64,000 nucleotides of DNA from Candidatus Latescibacterota bacterium (GTDB lineage Bacteria; Latescibacterota; UBA2968; UBA8231), in assembly GCA_965248355.1 (NCBI GenBank), contig OZ252098.1, positions 1,390,098 to 1,454,097 of the forward strand, written 5' to 3'. Shown here in pieces: positions 18,221-27,432 of the stretch. Every line of letters starts with the position of its first letter. Within the stretch, counting starts at the first letter, position 1. The notes under the pieces were generated by a model. The model saw only the letters and a list, made by a program, of their open reading frames with translations. It ran no database searches and had not been told where the DNA came from. A program made the translations under genes and the position numbers.

Positions 18221-20664
18221 GCCGAATCTTGGCTCTTCTTTGCGTCCGGCCTTGTCCACAGAACGTGGGGTATCTGTTTCACCGCGTTTGAGCAAACCAC
18301 TCGATGGAGGTCCAGACTGCCAAAATAGTACTCTTCGAAGGGGGCCTCCTCTTGTTCAGCTTCAGTCCTCAATCGTCTACTCTTGCAGTTTCTCCCGTTC
18401 ATCCCACCCAGTCCGATAACCATGCTGTGGAACTCCACAGAGAGCCATCTCCCTTCGACGAACACCTCCGCCCAAGTGTGAGCGAACGGTGTCTCCCTCC
18501 AGCCGCCACACACGAATCTGTGTCCCAGTGGATATCCAAGTAATGCTCCGCTGACCTCTCGAGCAGGGATGCCTGCCAAGCGACAGAGGGAAATGAAGGC
18601 TCGAGCAGCGGTTATGCAATGCATCCCGGAACCCCCATCCAGTGCCTGATAGGTGCTACACTCCAAGCACTGGCAGGTTTCCTCTGTCTTCTCGAAGCGC
18701 TTCCCCTGCCTTATGAAGTCGTACAATGCCCGCGCCTTCTCAATGTCGCTCCCCGACCCAGCAACCCCCACTAGCACCTCTCTGATCCGCCGATCGTCCG
18801 CAATGGAAGGTGGCACCGACATGAACTCCCCACTGTACGGCGCTGCCAAGAGACCCACTTCCATTTCCCCGCTCCGAAGTGCGTTCACTCTCAAATCGCA
18901 GCAGTAGCCCACCTCCGCTGAACCACCCGGCTCCAAGTCTACCCCAAATCCATAGAAGAGACCGCAGGCCGAGAGTAGATGATTCCGCATCGCCTCTGGT
19001 TCCACCGACCGCAGTTTGATGTCCCGTTGTCGTCTATGCTGAATCGGGAATGGCACGAAGAGCAGAACTCTCCCGGAGGAAGTGCCAGCCTGCACCGATA
19101 CCCTATATTTGAGTCTCAGCACACAGCTGTCTTGTCTAGTCTGGACAGATCCCCGTTCTACAAAGAGGAAGCGTTGTCGCCTTGCCATTTGCGCGCGATA
19201 CTCCGCCTCGAAGAACGTCGAACTGTTTCGGTGCAACCAGTTCCACGATCGCAACAGGTCGTACGGGGTGGCAGACTCTTGACTAGAGGGCATACCCGCT
19301 CTCCTGGCCTCTGCAAGTAGTCTATGAACCTCACCCTTGCTTCCGAGCAACGGGTGCCCAATTCTCAGATATTTGACAAAGGTTGTCTCAGAGACTCGAT
19401 GTAAGCCGCCAGAGACCCCACTACGGGGATCCTCCTTAGGGTCGACCATTTCCTCAATCACTTGGGATACTCGGTCTACATTGTCCCACTCCCTGACGTG
19501 TCTCGAGAAGGCTCTGCATCGCTCCTCGTACTCCTGATTTTCGATTACGCGATCAACTGTCTTTCTAATTTCCTCTGCATTGGTCCACTGATTCCACTCC
19601 AGCTTAATTCCGAGACCAAGGCTACCTACTCGGTTTAGGTGGTACTCTTGATCAAGATGATCCGCCGCCCCGACAACCGGCACCCCACTCCGAAGAGCAT
19701 GGTATACGGTACCGGCGCCCCCTACCGTGATGACTGCAGATGCCTCTGCCGTAATCCAAGAAGCCGGTAGAAAATCCACTATCCGCACATTTCTAGATGG
19801 TGTAGTGGGAGCAGCCTCCCGGCTCCTGGGGCCTAACACGGTGCAGATAACACGATAGCGCTCCGAGAGCACGGAAAGGGTGTCTATCAGAAACCCCTCA
19901 AGAGCATGTCCCGTGCTGCCGCAATTGAGATAGATTAGGGGCAGGGTTGAGTCCCATCCATTTGAATCCAGGGTGACCACCTGGCGTGGCCGAGCAGGAA
20001 GGTCCAGCAGAGGTCCCACATAGTAGGCTCCCTTCCATTGGCCGGTAGGGTGGAACTGAGGCACATCCGCCACTAGAAGGCAGCTGCGCTTTCTCTTCGC
20101 CGGAGACGAACGGCATCTCCTCAAGTACTCCTCAAACGGCCCCGGCTCTGTCTCGAACCAGGTGGGAAGTTGAATCCTGTGACCGTAACTTGGGCTATTG
20201 TACGCGGCCTCGACCATGGCTAGATGGAGTCCCATGAGGCCAGCCGAGATTTGAAGGGTGGGCCGCATGTCACCAATTACGACATCGGGTCTGGTGTCCT
20301 CAATAACATCTCGTTCTGACTCAACGCAGGCATCGATGGACTCCATGTCGTAGAAGTCATACCTTGCAGATTTTATGGATCTGTCCATGGCTTCCTGAGA
20401 AAGGCTCTTCACATGCCGTACGGGGAAACCATGGTCCTTCACCATTGCAGAATTCACTCCGACACCGGCAAACTCAACATGGTGGGTTCGCCTGCGCAAG
20501 AATCGCCCGATCTTTATTGGGCGCAACGTATGCGCCAAGGAGTCACCATGAAAGAACACCAGGACTTTGAGTCGCCGCGAAGGAACACCGGAAGAAGTGA
20601 ATCTCGGGATGAGCCTTTCCAGGCTCTTCTTGGCTCTCTGGGCCAACTGGGCTGATTGGATCAC
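18184..20664 (-). CDS. Fusion protein: GT1 (MGT/UDP-glycosyltransferase-like) N-terminal half plus a transglutaminase-like cysteine-protease domain C-terminal half
   Basis: GT1 C-terminal domain 'VDFLPASWITAEASAVITVGGAGTVYHALRSGVPVVGAADHLDQEYHLNRV'. C-terminal transglutaminase core 'CQCLECSTYQALDGGSGMHCITAARAFISLCRLAGIPAREVSG...HTWAEVFVEGRWLSVE' (Cys-His-Asp). Local GC is about 52%. Confidence 0.55.
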   Translation of the reverse strand: MIQSAQLAQRAKKSLERLIPRFTSSGVPSRRLKVLVFFHGDSLAHTLRPIKIGRFLRRRTHHVEFAGVGVNSAMVKDHGFPVRHVKSLSQEAMDRSIKSARYDFYDMESIDACVESERDVIEDTRPDVVIGDMRPTLQISAGLMGLHLAMVEAAYNSPSYGHRIQLPTWFETEPGPFEEYLRRCRSSPAKRKRSCLLVADVPQFHPTGQWKGAYYVGPLLDLPARPRQVVTLDSNGWDSTLPLIYLNCGSTGHALEGFLIDTLSVLSERYRVICTVLGPRSREAAPTTPSRNVRIVDFLPASWITAEASAVITVGGAGTVYHALRSGVPVVGAADHLDQEYHLNRVGSLGLGIKLEWNQWTNAEEIRKTVDRVIENQEYEERCRAFSRHVREWDNVDRVSQVIEEMVDPKEDPRSGVSGGLHRVSETTFVKYLRIGHPLLGSKGEVHRLLAEARRAGMPSSQESATPYDLLRSWNWLHRNSSTFFEAEYRAQMARRQRFLFVERGSVQTRQDSCVLRLKYRVSVQAGTSSGRVLLFVPFPIQHRRQRDIKLRSVEPEAMRNHLLSACGLFYGFGVDLEPGGSAEVGYCCDLRVNALRSGEMEVGLLAAPYSGEFMSVPPSIADDRRIREVLVGVAGSGSDIEKARALYDFIRQGKRFEKTEETCQCLECSTYQALDGGSGMHCITAARAFISLCRLAGIPAREVSGALLGYPLGHRFVCGGWRETPFAHTWAEVFVEGRWLSVEFHSMVIGLGGMNGRNCKSRRLRTEAEQEEAPFEEYYFGSLDLHRVVCSNAVKQIPHVLWTRPDAKKSQDSAWWTHLEAEILD

Positions 20665-20689
20665 TTTAGAAGTCCCTATTCCAGGCTCA

Positions 20690-20800
20690 TTCCGGGAATA
20701 CTCCTCGAGGCTCTCCCGGCCCCGGCCGTTGGCGACGGTTCCACGCCCGATGGACCGACTCCACGGTACCAGAGCATCTTGGGGCGCCCAGAGCCAAGAG
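20690..20800 (-). pseudogene. ISL3-family transposase fragment
   Basis: The nucleotide sequence 'ctctcccggccccggccgttggcgacg' and the translation '...GRGRESLEEY' parallel the ISL3 copy at 6090–6120 ('DGRGRESLEAYF'). Confidence 0.4.
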
Positions 20801-21389
20801 CGGGGTGACGTCTACGTGTACCATGAGCGCCGGAATCTCCCCCAACCGGGGAATGGCGCCATTCTGAACACGCGCGGCCGCCCCCCAAGTGCGTAATCCG
20901 CGGCCATCTTGGAGGTGCTAGGCCGAGCCCCGATGTGGGCGTCAGTGCGATGGGATCGATCAGATTTCCCACCCTGTGCGATTGAATGTCATGGCTCGCC
21001 ATCTGGCCTAGGCAGCCCTGGAAAGGGGACGCTGGCTTGAGAAATAGTAGCTATGGTGTGGCCTCTGACATTAAAGAGGCTCCGAGGGGAGGTCCTGTGC
21101 AATCGAGAAACCGAAATTAGGCGGTCCTTCTCAATCTCTACCGGTTGGCCGTCCTGGAACCTCCTTATATAAACCTCGGGCTAAGAGGTCCGTCAAGGGA
21201 CCACCCAGATTCGCGCACCCCGGATTTGGTCGGGGTCGGTGGTACCGGATCGGTTCTCCCCCTCCTGAGATGAGGTGCACCGAGAACGGGGACCTGCACC
21301 GCAAACCCCGGAGCGGCCCCCGGTCCAGCCAGTGACGCTTGGCGAACGAGGGAATGGGTGTGAGGGATGGTCTTGGCCTCCTTCCGCTC

Positions 21390-21540
21390 CACGTGTCATT
21401 CGGCCAGTTGCTGCTCCATGTCCCGGAGGCCGAAGCTACGGCCATTGATCTGCAGGACATCGCAGTAGTGCAGCAGTCGATCCCAGATGGCCGTGGCCAG
21501 ACCCGTCGGCAGCATCTCCGGCCATTGGCGGATGCTCTTC
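21390..21540 (-). pseudogene. IstB-like (IS21 helper ATPase) C-terminal fragment
   Basis: Minus-strand 'MLPTGLATAIWDRLLHYCDVLQINGRSFGLRDMEQQLAE*' matches the IstB C-terminal pattern 'AILDRLLHH..V..I.G.SYRL'. Confidence 0.35.
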
Positions 21541-21570
21541 TTGGAGGTGATCGATCAGGGTGCTGGCGCG

Positions 21571-22749
21571 CTGCTAGTGTCATGTCGTAGAAATTACTGT
21601 ACATCTTCATGAGGATGCTGTAGGTTTCTCTTATTCTCTTTCCGAAAGGAGAAACCTATGGCGAGGGGACGACCGTTACCGGCGATAGAGTTGAGTCCGT
21701 CGGACCGGGACCAATTGGAATCGATGGCCAGATCACGGAGTCTCCCCCACGGGTTGGTGCGCCGAGCCGAGATGGTTCTGCTGGCCGCCGACGGCTGGCC
21801 CAATCAGGCGGTCGCCGCCGCGGTAGGGGTGACGCGGGCGACTGTGGGCAAGTGGCGGCGACGCTTTCTCGAGGGCGGGCTGCCGGGCTTGCATGATGAG
21901 CTGCGTCCGGGGGCGCCGCGATCGATCACGGATGAGCAGGTCGCCGAGGTGGTCTACAAGACCCTGAAGACCAAGCCCAAGGACGAAACCCAGTGGTCGG
22001 TGCGCTCCATGGGCCAGGAAACCGGCCTGTCCAAGGATGCGGTACATCGCATTTGGCGCACCTATGGTCTGCAACCCCACCGACACAAGCACTTCAAGCT
22101 GTCCACCGATCCCTTCTTCGTGGACAAAGTACGGGATATCGCCGGGTTGTACCTGAATCCCCCGGAGCACGCCATGGTTCTGTGCGTGGACGAGAAGAGC
22201 CAGATCCAGGCCTTGGAACGAACTCAGCCGATGCTGCCCTTGGGCTTGGGATACGTGGAAGGGGTTACGCACGACTACAAGCGGCACGGCACCACCACCC
22301 TGTTTGCCGCCTTGGACGTGGCCACCGGCGAAGTGATGACCCAGTGCAAATCCCGGCATCGTCACCAGGAATTCCTCCAGTTCCTACGCCACATCGAGAC
22401 CAACGTGCCCGAGGATCTCGATATCCATCTCGTCGTCGACAACTACGCCACCCATAAGCATGCCAAGATCAAGCGATGGCTGGCCAACCGTCCCCGGTTT
22501 CACGTTCACTACACCCCCACGTATGCTTCGTGGCTCAACCAAGTGGAGATCTGGTTCGGGATCATCACGCGCCAGGCCATTCGGCGCGGGTCGTTTCGGA
22601 AGGTCCCGGAGCTGGTCGAGCGGATCGAACGGTACACCGACAAGTGGAACGCCAAGGCCCGGCCCTTCGTCTGGACGGCGACGGCCGATTCCATCCTCGC
22701 CAAGGTCAAACGACTTTGTGAGCGAATCTCTGCGACATGACACTAGCAG
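21571..22749 (+). mobile_element. IS630/Tc1-mariner-family insertion sequence, intact
   Basis: Terminal inverted repeats 'ctgctagtgtcatgtcgtagaaatt' at 21571 match the reverse complement of 'gaatctctgcgacatgacactagcag' at 22724–22749. A single 360-aa transposase ORF lies inside. Confidence 0.7.
21658..22740 (+). CDS. IS630-family transposase (DDE_3)
   Basis: Winged-helix N-terminus, '[12 protein letters not shown]' and '[17 protein letters not shown]' DDE-region motifs. RBS 'aaaggag' upstream. Confidence 0.85.
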   Translation: MARGRPLPAIELSPSDRDQLESMARSRSLPHGLVRRAEMVLLAADGWPNQAVAAAVGVTRATVGKWRRRFLEGGLPGLHDELRPGAPRSITDEQVAEVVYKTLKTKPKDETQWSVRSMGQETGLSKDAVHRIWRTYGLQPHRHKHFKLSTDPFFVDKVRDIAGLYLNPPEHAMVLCVDEKSQIQALERTQPMLPLGLGYVEGVTHDYKRHGTTTLFAALDVATGEVMTQCKSRHRHQEFLQFLRHIETNVPEDLDIHLVVDNYATHKHAKIKRWLANRPRFHVHYTPTYASWLNQVEIWFGIITRQAIRRGSFRKVPELVERIERYTDKWNAKARPFVWTATADSILAKVKRLCERISAT

Positions 22750-22846
22750 TCCGTTGGAAAAAGGCGAGGGATGAGGGAGGTACCAACTCCCCTCGTACGG
22801 GTCCTTTACTAGATTAGGCAGGCCACGTACCCAAGGAGCCGGATCG

Positions 22847-24284
22847 ATGTCGCTGAGCCGACGACCCGAGAGCCAGCAACAGGAGATGTGGGTGCCGACC
22901 CACACGCTGCCGGAGGCGCCGGGGTGTCCGTTCTACACGCAACTGATTCAGTTGCTGCTGGCGGCGCATGGGTTTGACCGCTTTGTCGAGTCTCGGTGCG
23001 CCCCGTATTACGCCGAGACGCTGGGCCGGCCGAGCATCGCGCCGGGGGTCTATTTCCGCATGCTCTTGATCGGCTACTTCGAGGGCCTGGGCTCGGAGCG
23101 GGGCATCGCCTGGCGGGTGGCCGACTCGGTGTCGCTGCGCCGTTTTCTGGGCTACGCCCTGAGCGAGGCCACGCCGGATCACTCGAGCCTGACGCGCATT
23201 CGTCAGCGTCTGCCGTCGGAGATCTACCAGGAGGTGTTCAACTGGGTGCTGACCGTGCTGGCCAAGGAGGGGCTTTTGAAGGGCAAGACCCTGGCGGTGG
23301 ACGCCACGACCCTGGAGGCCAACGCCGCCCTGCGCAGCGTCGTGCGGCGGGACACCGGGCAAGGCTACCGCGAGTACCTGGAGGACTTGGCCCGGGCCGA
23401 AGGAATCGAGACGCCGACGCGCCAGGACCTGGCCCGGCTCGACAAGAAACGGCCGCGCAAAGGCTCCAACCAGGACTGGAAGCATCCCCGAGGATCCGGA
23501 GGCCCGCATCACCAAGATGAAGGACGGGCGGACCCACCTGGCGCATAAAGCCGAACACGCGGTCGATCTGGACACCCAGGCCTTGGTGGCGGTCCAGGTG
23601 ACCGGCGCCGACGAGGGAGACACCTCGTCCCTGTCTTGGACGCTGATCCAGAGCGATCTGAATCTGCAGGCCGTGTCGCAGGATCCGAAAGCCAAGAACC
23701 ATCTGCATGGCCAACCGATGTCGGAAGTGGTGACGGACAAAGGGGTATCACAGCAACGACACGACCAAGAGGCTGAAGGGCGCTCAGATTCGCGGCTACC
23801 TGTCCGAGCCCGACCGGGGGCGCCGTCGGTGGAAGGACCGGGCCGCCCAGGCGGCCGTGTATGCCAATCGACGCCGGATTCGAGGGCCCCGGGGCCGCGC
23901 CCTGCAACGGCGTCGAGCCGAATGCGCGGAACGCAGTTTCGCTCACACCTACGAACGCGGGGGGCTGCGACGGACGCACCTGCGGGGCCACGCCAACATC
24001 TACAAGCGGCTGAGCCTTCATGGCAGCGCCTTCAATCTGGGCTTGGCCATGCGGAAGCTCACCGGCTGCGGGACCCCGAGGGGTCTGCGGGCACTGGGGG
24101 CCGTTTTTTCGGTCTTCAAGGCGGGTTTGCAGGTCGCTCGGGCCCTCTCGCGTCGCGCCGGCGGCCTCTTCCTCACCTGGGTCCGGGATCGATTCCTCAT
24201 CCGTTGCCGCCGCCTTCACCCAGAGCGACCGGACGTGATCCAAAACGTGGCTTTCTCAACGGGCTGCTAGACCTCATGTATTGA
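22847..24284 (+). pseudogene. IS5/IS1182-family transposase, frameshifted (at least 3 frames)
   Basis: Frame 1 has the DUF772-like N-terminus '...YFRMLLIGYFEGLGSERGIAWRVADSVSLRRFLG'. Frame 2 has 'KDGRTHLAHKAEHAVDLDTQALVAVQVTGADEGD'. Frame 3 has '...AVYANRRRIRGPRGRALQRRRAECAERSFAHTYERGGLRRTHLRGHANIYKRLSLHGSAFNLGLAMRKL'. Confidence 0.65.
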
Positions 24285-25152
24285 CCGGTACATAAAGGTC
24301 TAGCGATGATTGATGACCTTGAACAGTAGGTGGGCCTTTGCGACCGGTCCAGGGCCCGGCAATCACGTCGGCGCTGTCGACGCTCCAGCACCAGAACTTC
24401 TCCGCGTACCCCACCACCAGGCGCGTGCCCTCGTCGTGGTCGACGTAGGGCGGGCGCGCCGGGCTGTACATGGTGTCGGTGAGGTCGCGGACCAGGGCCG
24501 TCTCCACGCCCCACTTGGTCATCTGCTTGATGCCGAAGCTGCGGTGGAGGACGCACATGTTGGTGTGCACGCCGAGGATCAGCATGCGGGTCACGCCGCG
24601 GGCCTGCAGGCAGGCGTAGACCAGGCGGCCGTCGTCGGAGATCAGGTCCCGCTCCGGATCGATGTCGATGCCGGGGTGCTGGCTCTTCCAGGCCTTGTAG
24701 GAGTCGTTCTCGGCCACGGTGGTGCCGTTGTCGGCGGCGTCCACCGGCAGGGGCGGGTCGTACTCGGCCGCCTCCCCGCCCGGGGCGAAGAGCTGCCCCA
24801 CGAGGGAATCGGGATCCTGGGCCGCCGCCGGCAACTCCTCCGCGGGATCTGCCGGCTCCGCCTCCAGGGCACGGAGGCGGGCCGGGTGCTCCGCGTAGAA
24901 CTCCATCGTGCCCGAGGGCGCGTGGACGATCTGCACCCCGGCGGCGCGAGCCACCGTCACCGTCTGATTCATGCGCGGCACCAGCGGCTCCATGCGCTCG
25001 CGGGCGCCGCGGCACCAGTGGCTGTCCCAGACGTCGCACAGCAGCAGGGCCGTGGCCGCCGTTGGCCACGCGGCCTCCTCCGTTACCGTGCGCCACACGC
25101 GGTGGCCGCCCTCGTCGAGGGTCAGCCGCTGGCGGCGCAGGTGGAGGTTCAT
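24274..25152 (-). CDS. Isochorismatase-family cysteine hydrolase
   Basis: 'LLLCDVWDSHWC' and 'LILGVHTNMCVL' motifs. Confidence 0.55.
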   Translation of the reverse strand: MNLHLRRQRLTLDEGGHRVWRTVTEEAAWPTAATALLLCDVWDSHWCRGARERMEPLVPRMNQTVTVARAAGVQIVHAPSGTMEFYAEHPARLRALEAEPADPAEELPAAAQDPDSLVGQLFAPGGEAAEYDPPLPVDAADNGTTVAENDSYKAWKSQHPGIDIDPERDLISDDGRLVYACLQARGVTRMLILGVHTNMCVLHRSFGIKQMTKWGVETALVRDLTDTMYSPARPPYVDHDEGTRLVVGYAEKFWCWSVDSADVIAGPWTGRKGPPTVQGHQSSLDLYVPVNT

Positions 25153-25153
25153 C

Positions 25154-26314
25154 TTAGAAGGAGTCCTTCACGTCCATGGTCCGGGACGGCCCCTCCTTGA
25201 CCCTGGAGGTGGCCACGCGCTTCTGCAGCTCGTCGTAGTAGAGGTCGGCGTCGACGGGGATATCGACCCAGCTGTCGGTCCAGGTGGACAGGAGCATGGC
25301 GTTGAACAGCTCGACGCTGTGGATGCCGTCGAGGCCGGGGGCCAGCAGCTCGGTCTCGCCGCCGTCGCGGATCGACTGTACCCAGTTGGCCGTGATCGTC
25401 CGGTGCTCGCCGTCGCCGCCAGCGGGCGGCACCTGGCAGGTCCACACGTCGGGGCTGCCGAAGCCGCCGGGGTACTCCTTGAGAAAGCGGCTCACCGACT
25501 GCTCGGTGCGGTGGAAGACGATGCCGCCGTCCTCAGCGACGATCTTGCCGCGGTCGCCGGTGATCTCGAGGCGGTTGGTCCCCGGGGCGTCGCCGGTGCC
25601 GGTGACGAAGACGCCCGTGGCGCCGTTGGGGTACTCGACGAAGGCGGTGACGTCGTCCTCCACCTCGATGTCGTGGTGCTTGCCGAAGTAGCAGAAGCCC
25701 CGCAGGCGCGAGGGCATGCCGCAGACCCACTGCCACAGGTCGAGGTTGTGGGGGCACTGGTTGGCGAGCACGCCCCCGCCCTCGCCGGCCCAGGTCGCCC
25801 GCCAGCCGCCGGAGTCGTAGTAGCTCTGGGCGCGGAACCAGTTGGTGATGATGTAGTTCGTGCGCTGGATCTCCCCTAACTCGCCGGAGGAGACCAGCTC
25901 CTTCAGCTTCCGCGTCTGGCCGCGGGCCCGCTGGTTGAGCATCAGGGCGAAGACCGTCCCCGCCTTCTCGGCGGCGGCGTTCATCTGTTTCACCTGGCGC
26001 GTGTACACGCCCGCGGGCTTCTCCGACATGACGTGCAGGCCGGCCTCGAAGGCGGCCACGGCGATGGGCGGGTGCAGGTAGTGGGGGGTGGCGATGAGCA
26101 CGGCGTCGATCTCGCCCGATCCGATCATCCCCTCCGGGGTGTCGAAGCGCTTCACGCCGTCGCCCAGGCTGCTCTCGGCCCACGCGAGCCTCTCGGGGCT
26201 GGCGTCGGCCACCGCGGCGAGCCGGCCCGCCGGGATCTGCCCCTTCGAGAGGTACTCGCAGTGATTGCCCCCCATGCCGCCGATGCCGGCGACGCCGATC
26301 CGTACCTCGTCCAT
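25154..26314 (-). CDS. Gfo/Idh/MocA-family oxidoreductase
   Basis: 'VRIGVAGIGGMGGNHCEYL' Rossmann motif and an 'EKP' motif. Confidence 0.75.
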   Translation of the reverse strand: MDEVRIGVAGIGGMGGNHCEYLSKGQIPAGRLAAVADASPERLAWAESSLGDGVKRFDTPEGMIGSGEIDAVLIATPHYLHPPIAVAAFEAGLHVMSEKPAGVYTRQVKQMNAAAEKAGTVFALMLNQRARGQTRKLKELVSSGELGEIQRTNYIITNWFRAQSYYDSGGWRATWAGEGGGVLANQCPHNLDLWQWVCGMPSRLRGFCYFGKHHDIEVEDDVTAFVEYPNGATGVFVTGTGDAPGTNRLEITGDRGKIVAEDGGIVFHRTEQSVSRFLKEYPGGFGSPDVWTCQVPPAGGDGEHRTITANWVQSIRDGGETELLAPGLDGIHSVELFNAMLLSTWTDSWVDIPVDADLYYDELQKRVATSRVKEGPSRTMDVKDSF

Positions 26315-26346
26315 CCTGTCTCTCCTGTTTTCTTCCGGTGGTCAGG

Positions 26347-27237
26347 TCAGCCGGCGGCGGAGCCGAGGCGCCCCGGCGCGCCGACGGGTTGGCCGGAACG
26401 GCAGACGACCGGGAAATGGGGTCCCGCCCCGGCCATGGGAGCCCCGTCCGGCAGCTCGACGAACTGCTTCATCACGTGGTTGCCGCTGGCGTCGTAGCGG
26501 GCCTCGCCGGTCATGTAGTGGATGGCGATCGCCCGCCGCGGACGCCCCGAGGTGTTGGGGGGCGAGCCGTGCCAGGTCAGGGAGTGGTGGAAGGAGATCT
26601 CCCCCCGCCTCACCGGCCAGGGCCGCGGCTTCACCTGCGTCACGTCGGTGCCGTCGGGCGGCTCGAAGGCCTCGATGGCCGAGAAGTCGGCCAGGCTCTC
26701 CAGGTGGCGCTGGGTGCGCAGGAACTCGATCTGGTTCCCCCACCGGTGGCTGCCGGGAACCATCCACATGCAGCCGTTCTCCTCGTCGGCGTCGTCCATG
26801 GGGATCCACGCCGAGACCGGGGTCATGGGCTTGATGATCGGCCACAGGGGCGCGTCCTGGTGCCAGTTGGTGGGCCCCCCCGCCGCCGCCGGCTTGTACT
26901 GGATCTGGTCGTGCCACACCTGCAAGTCCCGCTGCCCCGTGAGCTGACTGACCGCCTTGACGATGAAGGGATGGTAGATCAGGCGCTCGAAGGCCGGCGA
27001 GGCCTCCCAGATGTTGACGATCTGCCACACCGGCGACGGGCTGACCCCTCCGCCCCGGGACTTCATGTCGTGGAACAGCACCGGCCGCGGCTGCCCGTCG
27101 GCGAAGCCGTCGGGGCCGATCTCCAGGATCGCCTCCAGGCCCTCGGTGATCTCGTCGACCTCGCTCTGCCGCAGGACGGGTCCGCTGTTGAGGAACCCGT
27201 CCTGGTGGAACCGTTCGATCTGTTCGGGAGTGAGCAT
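26347..27237 (-). CDS. Phytanoyl-CoA dioxygenase (PhyH)-family oxygenase (second copy, not a duplicate of 4026–4934)
   Basis: Start 'MLTPEQIERFHQDGFL' at ATG 27237, plus 'WHQDAPLW' and 'H' motifs. The 993-aa track ORF is an upstream-extended artefact. Confidence 0.7.
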   Translation of the reverse strand: MLTPEQIERFHQDGFLNSGPVLRQSEVDEITEGLEAILEIGPDGFADGQPRPVLFHDMKSRGGGVSPSPVWQIVNIWEASPAFERLIYHPFIVKAVSQLTGQRDLQVWHDQIQYKPAAAGGPTNWHQDAPLWPIIKPMTPVSAWIPMDDADEENGCMWMVPGSHRWGNQIEFLRTQRHLESLADFSAIEAFEPPDGTDVTQVKPRPWPVRRGEISFHHSLTWHGSPPNTSGRPRRAIAIHYMTGEARYDASGNHVMKQFVELPDGAPMAGAGPHFPVVCRSGQPVGAPGRLGSAAG

Positions 27238-27432
27238 CGGGCAAGTGTACGCCGGCGGGATGAGATCTTCAATCGCCCAGCGGGCACCCTTGTATCCCCC
27301 GTGGCGCGGCCCTTCGTTCTTCCGCGCGCGGGGACCGGCGCCGCGGGGGATCGCACCCCGGACGGACGCCCCACCCTCTCCCCCATTCCAGATGGAAGGC
27401 CTCCCGTGACCGAATCGGACTGGCTCCGCTAC

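Noticed and set aside
21130-21400. Structured GC-rich stretch with hairpins (e.g. ggtgca...tgcacc) considered as a tmRNA, RNase P RNA or second group II intron
   Set aside because: There is no tRNA-like acceptor/T-arm, no RNase P consensus (GGAAAGTCCGG) and no domain-V consensus. The region lies in a zone of IS debris (ISL3 and IstB fragments), which explains the lack of coding signal.
21560-22760. Expected TA dinucleotide target duplication for IS630
   Set aside because: The flanks read 'gcgcg|ctgctag...' and '...ctagcag|tccg'. A clean TA duplication is not evident, so no TSD is claimed.
24262-24300. Hairpin 'ctagacc...ggtctag' at the right edge of the IS5/IS1182-like pseudogene, considered as that element's terminal inverted repeat
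   Set aside because: No convincing matching repeat could be aligned at the left end (about 22800). The element boundaries are therefore left undefined.
26338-27430. First 365 aa of the 1004-aa plus ORF, and the 993-aa minus ORF 26347–29328
   Set aside because: The real genes are PhyH on the minus strand (26347–27237, ATG confirmed) and the GH20-like gene on the plus strand (from 27433). The remaining stretches are antisense extensions without motifs.
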